A DNA stretch of 64,000 bases, from NCBI GenBank assembly GCA_964057225.1, contig OZ059898.1:1488001-1552000 (forward strand), read 5' to 3'. Position numbers and translations under genes: made by a program. The notes under the pieces were generated by a model. The model did not search any database and was not told the origin of the DNA. It saw only the letters and a program-made list of their open reading frames with translations. Within the stretch, counting starts at the first letter, position 1. Each line of letters opens with the position of its first letter. Source of the stretch: Auanema rhodensis. Lineage: Eukaryota; Animalia; Nematoda. Shown here one piece after another: positions 53,401 to 64,000 of this stretch.

Positions 53401-56400
53401 AAATTTTTGTCAAAATGTTTTTGGAAGCAATGTTGAGTGTACATGGAAACTCAACATACACTAATGCATCATTTTTCAAACGATCATAACTAATTTTTGT
53501 ATTAAGCGTTTCTCAATGTAGTATAGTGCATTCGATGCGGATTTTTAAGCTGCGTCGATCTGTGTTATCAGATTTGCGCTAGCTTAAAAATGCACCGTGA
53601 AATCAACTGATATAAGTTCACACTTATATCCTCGATTTTCACCCTGAAGAATTAATTTTTTCGTTGAATAACATTGTCCATCGTCTTTGCCTTGAAAAAA
53701 GGAATCTAAAAACATCTACTTTTTGCTAAATTATTTTGAAATTTTCTGAAAAAATTTTTGTCAAAATGTTTTTGGAAGCAATGTTGAGTGTACATGGAAA
53801 CTCAACATACACTAATGCATCATTTTTCAAACGATCATAACTAATTTTTGTATTAAGCGTTTCTCAATGTAGTATAGTGCATTCGATGCGGATTTTTAAG
53901 CTGCGTCGATCTGTGTTATCAGATTTGCGCTAGCTTAAAAATGCACCGAGATATCAACTGATATAAGTTCACACTTATATCCTCGATTTTCACCCTGAAG
54001 AATTAATTTTTTCGTTGAATAACATTGTCCATCGTCTTTGCCTTGAAAAAAGGAATCTAAAAACATCTACTTTTTGCTAAATTATTTTGAAATTTTTCGA
54101 AAAAATTTTTGTCAAAATGTTTTTGGAAGCAATGTTGAGTGTACATGGAAACTCAACATACACTAATGCATCATTTTTCAAACGATCATAACTAATTTTT
54201 GTATTAAGCGTTTCTCAATGTAGTATAGTGCATTCGATGCGGATTTTTAAGCTGCGTCGATCTGTGTTATCAGATTTGCGCTAGCTTAAAAATGCACCGA
54301 GATATCAACTGATATAAGTTCACACTTATATCCTCGATTTTCACCCTGAAGAATTAATTTTTTCGTTGAATAACATTGTCCATCGTCTTTGCCTTGAAAA
54401 AAGAAATCTAAAAACATTTACTTTTTGCTAAATTATTTTGAAATTTTTCGAAAAAATTTTTGTCAAAATGTTTTTGGAAGCAATGTTGAGTGTACATGGA
54501 AACTCAACATACACTAATGCATCATTTTTCAAACGATCATAACTAATTTTTGTATTAAGCGTTTCTCAATGTAGTATAGTGCATTCGATGCGGATTTTTA
54601 AGCTGCGTCGATCTGTGTTATCAGATTTGCGCTAGCTTAAAAATGCACCGAGATATCAACTGATATAAGTTCACACTTATATCCTCGATTTTCACCCTGA
54701 AGATTTAATTTTTTCGTTGAATAACATTGTCCATCGTCTTTGCCTTAAAAAATGGAATCTAAAAACATCTACTTTTTGCTAAATTATTTTGAAATTTTTC
54801 GAAAAAATTTTTGTCAAAATGTTTTTGGAAGCAATGTTGAGTGTACATGGAAACTCAACATACACTAATGCATCATTTTTCAAACGATCATAACTAATTT
54901 TTGTATTAAGCGTTTCTCAATGTAGTATAGTGCATTCGATGCGGATTTTTAAGCTGCGTCGATCTGTGTTATCAGATTTGCGCTAGCTTAAAAATGCACC
55001 GAGATATCAACTGATATAAGTTCACACTTATATCCTCGATTTTCACCCTGAAGAATTAATTTTTTCGTTGAATAACATTGTCCATCGTCTTTGCCTTGAA
55101 AAAAGAAATCTAAAAACATTTACTTTTTGCTAAATTATTTTGAAATTTTTCGAAAAAATTTTTGTCAAAATGTTTTTGGAAGCAATGTTGAGTGTACATG
55201 GAAACTCAACATACACTAATGCATCATTTTTCAAACGATCATAACTAATTTTTGTATTAAGCGTTTCTCAATGTAGTATAGTGCATTCGATGCGGATTTT
55301 TAAGCTGCGTCGATCTGTGTTATCAGATTTGCGCTAGCTTAAAAATGCACCGAGATATCAACTGATATAAGTTCACACTTATATCCTCGATTTTCACCCT
55401 GAAGAATTAATTTTTTTGTTGAATAACACTGTCCATCGTCTTTGCCTTGAAAAATGGAATCTAAAAACATCTACTTTTTGCTAAACTATTTTGAAATTTT
55501 TCGAAAAAATTTTTGTCAAAATGTTTTTGGAAGCAATGTTGAGTGTACATGGAAACTCAACATACACTAATGCATCATTTTTCAAACGATCATAACTAAT
55601 TTTTGTATTAAGCGTTTCTCAAAGTAGTATAGTGCATTCGATGCGGATTTTTAAGCTGCGTCGATCTGTGTTATCAGATTTGCGCTAGCTTAAAAATGCA
55701 CCGAGATATCAACTGATATAAGTTCACACTTATATCCTCGATTTTCACCCTGAAGAATTAATTTTTTCGTTGAATAACATTGTCCATCGTCTTTGCCTTG
55801 AAAAAAGGAATCTAAAAACATCTACTTTTTGCTAAATTATTTTGAAATTTTCTGAAAAAATTTTTGTCAAAATGTTTTTGGAAGCAATGTTGAGTGTACA
55901 TGGAAACTCAACATACACTAATGCATCATTTTTCAAACGATCATAACTAATTTTTGTATTAAGCGTTTCTCAATGTAGTATAGTGCATTCGATGCGGATT
56001 TTTAAGCTGCGTCGATCTGTGTTATCAAATTTGCGCTAGCTTAAAAATGCACCGAGATATCAACTGATATAAGTTCACACTTATATCCTCGATTTTCACC
56101 CTGAAGATTTAATTTTTTCGTTGAATAACATTGTCCATCGTCTTTGCCTTGAAAAATGGAATCTAAAAACATCTACTTTTTGCTAAATTATTTTGAAATT
56201 TTTCGAAAAAATTTTTGTCAAAATGTTTTTGGAAGCAATGTTGAGTGTACATGGAAACTCAACATACACTAATGCATCATTTTTCAAACGATCATAACTA
56301 ATTTTTGTATTAAGCGTTTCTCAATGTAGTATAGTGCATTCGATGCGGATTTTTAAGCTGCGTCGATCTGTGTTATCAGATTTGCGCTAGCTTAAAAATG

Positions 56401-59400
56401 CACCGAGATATCAACTGATATAAGTTCACACTTATATCCTCGATTTTCACCCTGAAGAATTAATTTTTTTGTTGAATAACATTGTCCATCGTCTTTGCCT
56501 TGAAAAAAGGAATCTAAAAACATCTACTTTTTGCTAAATTATTTAGAAATTTTTCGAAAAAATTTTTGTCAAAATGTTTTTGGAAGCAATGTTGAGTGTA
56601 CATGGAAACTCAACATACACTAATGCATCATTTTTCAAACGATCATAACTAATTTTTGTATTAAGCGTTTCTCAATGTAGTATAGTGCATTCGATGCGGA
56701 TTTTTAAGCTGCGTCGATCTGTGTTATCAGATTTGCGCTAGCTTAAAAATGCACCGTGAAATCAACTGATATAAGTTCACACTTATATCCTCGATTTTCA
56801 CCCTGAAGAATTAATTTTTTCGTTGAATAACATTGTCCATCGTCTTTGCCTTGAAAAAAGGAATCTAAAAACATCTACTTTTTGCTAAATTATTTTGAAA
56901 TTTTCTGAAAAAATTTTTGTCAAAATGTTTTTGGAAGCAATGTTGAGTGTACATGGAAACTCAACATACACTAATGCATCATTTTTCAAACGATCATAAC
57001 TAATTTTTGTATTAAGCGTTTCTCAATGTAGTATAGTGCATTCGATGCGGATTTTTAAGCCGCGTCGATCTGTGTTATCAGATTTGCGCTAGCTTAAAAA
57101 TGCACCGAGATATCAACTGATATAAGTTCACACTTATATCCTCGATTTTCACCCTGAAGAATTAATTTTTTCGTTGAATAACATTGTCCATCGTCTTTGC
57201 CTTGAAAAAAGGAATCTAAAAACATCTACTTTTTGCTAAATTATTTTGAAATTTTTCGAAAAAATTTTTGTCAAAATGTTTTTGGAAGCAATGTTGAGTG
57301 TACATGGAAACTCAACATACACTAATGCATCATTTTTCAAACGATCATAACTAATTTTTGTATTAAGCGTTTCTCAATGTAGTATAGTGCATTCGATGCG
57401 GATTTTTAAGCTGCGTCGATCTGTGTTATCAGATTTGCGCTAGCTTAAAAATGCACCGAGATATCAACTGATATAAGTTCACACTTATATCCTCGATTTT
57501 CACCCTGAAGAATTAATTTTTTCGTTGAATAACATTGTCCATCGTCTTTGCCTTGAAAAAAGAAATCTAAAAACATTTACTTTTTGCTAAATTATTTTGA
57601 AATTTTTCGAAAAAATTTTTGTCAAAATGTTTTTGGAAGCAATGTTGAGTGTACATGGAAACTCAACATACACTAATGCATCATTTTTCAAACGATCATA
57701 ACTAATTTTTGTATTAAGCGTTTCTCAATGTAGTATAGTGCATTCGATGCGGATTTTTAAGCTGCGTCGATCTGTGTTATCAGATTTGCGCTAGCTTAAA
57801 AATGCACCGAGATATCAACTGATATAAGTTCACACTTATATCCTCGATTTTCACCCTGAAGATTTAATTTTTTCGTTGAATAACATTGTCCATCGTCTTT
57901 GCCTTAAAAAATGGAATCTAAAAACATCTACTTTTTGCTAAATTATTTTGAAATTTTTCGAAAAAATTTTTGTCAAAATGTTTTTGGAAGCAATGTTGAG
58001 TGTACATGGAAACTCAACATACACTAATGCATCATTTTTCAAACGATCATAACTAATTTTTGTATTAAGCGTTTCTCAATGTAGTATAGTGCATTCGATG
58101 CGGATTTTTAAGCTGCGTCGATCTGTGTTATCAGATTTGCGCTAGCTTAAAAATGCACCGAGATATCAACTGATATAAGTTCACACTTATATCCTCGATT
58201 TTCACCCTGAAGATTTAATTTTTTCGTTGAATAACATTGTCCATCGTCTTTGCCTTGAAAAATGGAATCTAAAAACATCTACTTTTTGCTAAATTATTTT
58301 GAAATTTTTCGAAAAAATTTTTGTCAAAATGTTTTTGGAAGCAATGTTGAGTGTACATGGAAACTCAACATACACTAATGCATCATTTTTCAAACGATCA
58401 TAACTAATTTTTGTATTAAGCGTTTCTCAATGTAGTATAGTGCATTCGATGCGGATTTTTAAGCTGCGTCGATCTGTGTTATCAGATTTGCGCTAGCTTG
58501 AAAATGCACCGAGATATCAACTGATATAAGTTCACACATATATCCTCGATTTTCACCCTGAAGAATTAATTTTTTTGTTGAATAACATTGTCCATCGTCT
58601 TTGCCTTGAAAAAAGGAATCTAAAAACATCTACTTTTTGCTAAATTATTTTGAAATTTTTCGAAAAAATTTTTGTCAAAATGTTTTTGGAAGCAATGTTG
58701 AGTGTACATGGAAACTCAACATACACTAATGCATCATTTTTCAAACGATCATAACTAATTTTTGTATTAAGCGTTTCTCAAAGTAGTATAGTGCATTCGA
58801 TGCGGATTTTTAAGCTGCGTCGATCTGTGTTATCAGATTTGCGCTAGCTTAAAAATGCACCGAGATATCAACTGATATAAGTTCACACTTATATCCTCGA
58901 TTTTCACCCTGAAGATTTAATTTTTTCGTTGAATAACATTGTCCATCGTCTTTGCCTTGAAAAATGGAATCTAAAAACATCTACTTTTTGCTAAATTATT
59001 TTGAAATTTTTCGAAAAAATTTTTGTCAAAATGTTTTTGGAAGCAATGTTGAGTGTACATGGAAACTCAACATACACTAATGCATCATTTTTCAAACGAT
59101 CATAACTAATTTTTGTATTAAGCGTTTCTCAATGTAGTATAGTGCATTCGATGCGGATTTTTAAGCTGCGTCGATCTGTGTTATCAGATTTGCGCTAGCT
59201 TAAAAATGCACCGAGATATCAACTGATATAAGTTCACACTTATATCCTCGATTTTCACCCTGAAGAATAAATTTTTTTGTTGAATAACACTGTCCATCGT
59301 CTTTGCCTTGAAAAATGGAATCTAAAAACATCTACTTTTTGCTAAACTATTTTGAAATTTTTCGAAAAAATTTTTGTCAAAATGTTTTTGGAAGCAATGT

Positions 59401-62400
59401 TGAGTGTACATGGAAACTCAACATACACTAATGCATCATTTTTCAAACGATCATAACTAATTTTTGTATTAAGCGTTTCTCAAAGTAGTATAGTGCATTC
59501 GATGCGGATTTTTAAGCTGCGTCGATCTGTGTTATCAGATTTGCGCTAGCTTAAAAATGCACCGAGATATCAACTGATATAAGTTCACACTTATATCCTC
59601 GATTTTCACCCTGAAGAATTAATTTTTTCGTTGAATAACATTGTCCATCGTCTTTGCCTTGAAAAAAGGAATCTAAAAACATCTACTTTTTGCTAAATTA
59701 TTTTGAAATTTTCTGAAAAAATTTTTGTCAAAATGTTTTTGGAAGCAATGTTGAGTGTACATGGAAACTCAACATACACTAATGCATCATTTTTCAAACG
59801 ATCATAACTAATTTTTGTATTAAGCGTTTCTCAATGTAGTATAGTGCATTCGATGCGGATTTTTAAGCTGCGTCGATCTGTGTTATCAAATTTGCGCTAG
59901 CTTAAAAATGCACCGAGATATCAACTGATATAAGTTCACACTTATATCCTCGATTTTCACCCTGAAGATTTAATTTTTTCGTTGAATAACATTGTCCATC
60001 GTCTTTGCCTTGAAAAATGGAATCTAAAAACATCTACTTTTTGCTAAATTATTTTGAAATTTTTCGAAAAAATTTTTGTCAAAATGTTTTTGGAAGCAAT
60101 GTTGAGTGTACATGGAAACTCAACATACACTAATGCATCATTTTTCAAACGATCATAACTAATTTTTGTATTAAGCGTTTCTCAATGTAGTATAGTGCAT
60201 TCGATGCGGATTTTTAAGCTGCGTCGATCTGTGTTATCAGATTTGCGCTAGCTTAAAAATGCACCGAGATATCAACTGATATAAGTTCACACTTATATCC
60301 TCGATTTTCACCCTGAAGAATTAATTTTTTTGTTGAATAACATTGTCCATCGTCTTTGCCTTGAAAAAAGGAATCTAAAAACATCTACTTTTTGCTAAAT
60401 TATTTAGAAATTTTTCGAAAAAATTTTTGTCAAAATGTTTTTGGAAGCAATGTTGAGTGTACATGGAAACTCAACATACACTAATGCATCATTTTTCAAA
60501 CGATCATAACTAATTTTTGTATTAAGCGTTTCTCAATGTAGTATAGTGCATTCGATGCGGATTTTTAAGCTGCGTCGATCTGTGTTATCAGATTTGCGCT
60601 AGCTTAAAAATGCACCGTGAAATCAACTGATATAAGTTCACACTTATATCCTCGATTTTCACCCTGAAGAATTAATTTTTTCGTTGAATAACATTGTCCA
60701 TCGTCTTTGCCTTGAAAAAAGGAATCTAAAAACATCTACTTTTTGCTAAATTATTTTGAAATTTTCTGAAAAAATTTTTGTCAAAATGTTTTTGGAAGCA
60801 ATGTTGAGTGTACATGGAAACTCAACATACACTAATGCATCATTTTTCAAACGATCATAACTAATTTTTGTATTAAGCGTTTCTCAATGTAGTATAGTGC
60901 ATTCGATGCGGATTTTTAAGCTGCGTCGATCTGTGTTATCAGATTTGCGCTAGCTTAAAAATGCACCGAGATATCAACTGATATAAGTTCACACTTATAT
61001 CCTCGATTTTCACCCTGAAGAATTAATTTTTTCGTTGAATAACATTGTACATCGTCTTTGCCTTGAAAAAAGGAATCTAAAAACATCTACTTTTTGCTAA
61101 ATTATTTTGAAATTTTTCGAAAAAATTTTTGTCAAAATGTTTTTGGAAGCAATGTTGAGTGTACATGGAAACTCAACATACACTAATGCATCATTTTTCA
61201 AACGATCATAACTAATTTTTGTATTAAGCGTTTCTCAATGTAGTATAGTGCATTCGATGCGGATTTTTAAGCTGCGTCGATCTGTGTTATCAGATTTGCG
61301 CTAGCTTAAAAATGCACCGAGATATCAACTGATATAAGTTCACACTTATATCCTCGATTTTCACCCTGAAGAATTAATTTTTTCGTTGAATAACATTGTC
61401 CATCGTCTTTGCCTTGAAAAAAGAAATCTAAAAACATTTACTTTTTGCTAAATTATTTTGAAATTTTTCGAAAAAATTTTTGTCAAAATGTTTTTGGAAG
61501 CAATGTTGAGTGTACATGGAAACTCAACATACACTAATGCATCATTTTTCAAACGATCATAACTAATTTTTGTATTGAGCGTTTCTCAATGTAGTATAGT
61601 GCATTCGATGCGGATTTTTAAGCTGCGTCGATCTGTGTTATCAGATTTGCGCTAGCTTAAAAATGCACCGAGATATCAACTGATATAAGTTCACACTTAT
61701 ATCCTCGATTTTGACCCTGAAGAATTAATTTTTTCGTTGAATAACATTGTCCATCGTCTTTGCCTTGAAAAAAGGAATCTAAAAACATCTACTTTTTGCT
61801 AAATTATTTTGAAATTTTTCGAAAAAATTTTTGTCAAAATGTTTTTGGAAGCAATGTTGAGTGTACATGGAAACTCAACATACACTAATGCATCATTTTT
61901 CAAACGATCATAACTAATTTTTGTATTAAGCGTTTCTCAATGTCGTATAGTGCATTCGATGCGGATTTTTAAGATGCGTCGATCTGTGTTATCAGATTTG
62001 CGCTAGCTTAAAAATGCACCGAGATATCAACTGATATAAGTTCACACTTATATCCTCGATTTTCACCCTGAAGAATTAATTTTTTCGTTGAATAACATTG
62101 TCCATCGTCTTTGCCTTGAAAAAAGGAATCTAAAAACATCTACTTTTTGCTGAATTATTTTGAAATTTTCTGAAAAAATTTTTGTCAAAATGTTTTTGGA
62201 AGCAATGTTGAGTGTACATGGAAACTCAACATACACTAATGCATCATTTTTCAAACGATCATAACTAATTTTTGTATTAAGCGTTTCTCAATGTAGTATA
62301 GTGCATTCGATGCGGATTTTTGAGCTGCGTCGATCTGTGTTATCAGATTTGCGCTAGCTTAAAAATGCACCGAGATATCAACTGATATAAGTTCACACTT

Positions 62401-64000
62401 ATATCCTCGATTTTCACCCTGAAGATTTAATTTTTTCGTTGAATAACATTGTCCATCGTCTTTGCCTTGAAAAATGGAATCTAAAAACATCTACTTTTTG
62501 CTAAATTATTTTGAAATTTTTCGAAAAAATTTTTGTCAAAATGTTTTTGGAAGCAATGTTGAGTGTACATGGAAACTCAACATACACTAATGCATCATTT
62601 TTCAAACGATCATAACTAATTTTTGTATTAAGCGTTTCTCAATGTAGTATAGTGCATTCGATGCGGATTTTTAAGCTGCGTCGATCTGTGTTATCAGATT
62701 TGCGCTAGCTTAAAAATGCACCGAGATATCAACTGATATAAGTTCACACGTATATCCTCGATTTTCACCCTGAAGAATTAATTTTTTCGTTGAATAACAT
62801 TGTCCATCGTCTTTGCCTTGAAAAAAGAAATCTAAAAACATCTACTTTCTGCTAAATTATTTTGAAATTTTTCGAAAAAATTTTTGTCAAAATGTTTTTG
62901 GAAGCAATGTTGAGTGTACATGGAAACTCAACATACACTAATGCATCATTTTTCAAACGATCATAACTAATTTTTGTATTAAGCGTTTCTCAATGTCGTA
63001 TAGTGCATTCGATGCGGATTTTTAAGCTGCGTCGATCTGTGTTATCAGATTTGCGCTAGCTTAAAAATGCACCGAGATATCAACTGATATAAGTTCACAC
63101 TTATATCCTCGATTTTCACCCTGAAGAATTAATTTTTTCGTTGAATAACATTGTCCATCGTCTTTGCCTTGAAAAAAGGAATCTAAAAACATCTACTTTT
63201 TGCTAAATTATTCTGAAATTTTCTGAAAAAATTTTTGTCAAAATGTTTTTGGAAGCAATGTTGAGTGTACATGGAAACTCAACATACACTAATGCATCAT
63301 TTTTCAAACGATCATAACTAATTTTTGTATTAAGCGTTTCTCAATATAGTATAGTGGATTCGATGCGGATTTTTGAGCTGCGTCGATCTGTGTTATCAGA
63401 TTTGCGCTAGCTTAAAAATGCACCGAGATATCAACTGATATAAGTTCACACTTATATCCTCGATTTTCACCCTGAATATTTAATTTTTTCGTTGAATAAC
63501 ATTGTCCATCGTCTTTGCCTTGAAAAATGGAATCTAAAAACATCTACTTTTTGCTAAATTATTTTGAAATTTTTCGAAAAAATTTTTGTCAAAATGTTTT
63601 TGGAAGTAATGTTGAGTGTACATGGAAACTCAACATACACTAATGCATCATTTTTCAAACGATCATAACTAATTTTTGTATTAAGCGTTTCTCAATGTAG
63701 TATAGTGCATTCGATGCGGATTTTTAAGCTGCGTCGATCTGTGTTATCAGATTTGCGCTAGCTTAAAAATGCACCGAGATATCAACTGATATAAGTTCAC
63801 ACTTATATCCTCGATTTTCACCCTGAAGAATTAATTTTTTCGTTGAATAACATTGTCCATCGTCTTTGCCTTGAAAAAAGAAATCTAAAAACATCTACTT
63901 TTTGCTAAATTATTTTGAAATTTTCTGAAAAAATTTTTGTCAAAATGTTTTTGGAAGCAATGTTGAGTGTACATGGAAACTCAACATACACTAATGCATC
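41428..64000. repeat. Right-domain satellite subfamily with distinct diagnostic alleles
   Basis: Alleles 290T, 339T, 34C/35T (TTTTCTG), 237T/240A (CCGTGAAATC), 301T, 4T and 156A occur here. Left-domain alleles 15C, 117G, 121A, 145A, 161C, 329A and 344A were not seen. Confidence 0.88.
51607..61785. repeat. Right-domain higher-order block present about 3 times (spacing 8 and 11 monomers)
   Basis: The ordered series [AAACT+156A],[TTTTCTG+210A],[301T],[TTTAGA+GTGAAAT],[TTTTCTG],[340A],[4T] starts at 52660 (one monomer shorter), 55468 and 59329. Confidence 0.85.

Larger units (their letters stand above)
1..64000. repeat. Tandem satellite DNA array, 351-bp monomer, ~182.3 copies, head-to-tail, extending beyond both window edges
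   Basis: CATCTACTTTTTGC recurs at 1, 352, 703 ... 7021, 14041 (exact 351 period). The register shifts +10 after ~16200 and is +9 after ~40060 (M182 starts at 63541 = 181x351+10). No non-repeat sequence was seen anywhere. Confidence 0.99.

Noticed and set aside
62063-62254. Fifth 63-aa ORF
   Set aside because: It is created by a single private substitution (GCTAAA>GCTGAA at ~62152) that removes the same stop codon. There is no evidence of coding function.
1-64000. CRISPR array or integron cassette array, suggested by regularly spaced palindromes
   Set aside because: The sequence between palindromes is near-identical in every unit, with no unique spacers or cassettes and no cas or integrase genes.

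Overview
The whole 64 kb window is one uninterrupted, head-to-tail, single-orientation satellite DNA array. It has a 351-bp AT-rich monomer (about 31% GC by hand count of the consensus), present as 182 complete copies plus a 109-bp partial copy. Monomers differ from the consensus by roughly 0-8 substitutions, and I see only two indels: +10 bp at ~16183-16203 and -1 bp at ~40054-40059. I find no genes, RNA genes, transposon insertions, CRISPR spacers or inversions, and the five 63-aa ORFs are by-products of SNP combinations in the repeat. I cannot name the satellite family or the organism; a eukaryotic (peri)centromeric or heterochromatic satellite is my inference. There are two levels of structure. 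(1) The monomer contains four inverted repeats, including a ~67-nt hairpin, and a recurring double substitution improves one of them in register. (2) SNP haplotypes record the array's history: a left domain (1 to ~40.4 kb) with an emerging 4-mer higher-order repeat (HOR) and 2-, 3-, 5-, 6-, 9-, 10- and 11-monomer duplications, an abrupt boundary with diverged monomers at ~40.7-41.4 kb, and a right domain with its own alleles, an 8-11-mer HOR and a ~19 kb long-range repeat. Notation: Mn is monomer number n, starting at CATCTAC; 'pos' is the position within the monomer and equals the window coordinate in M1. All variant calls were read by eye.
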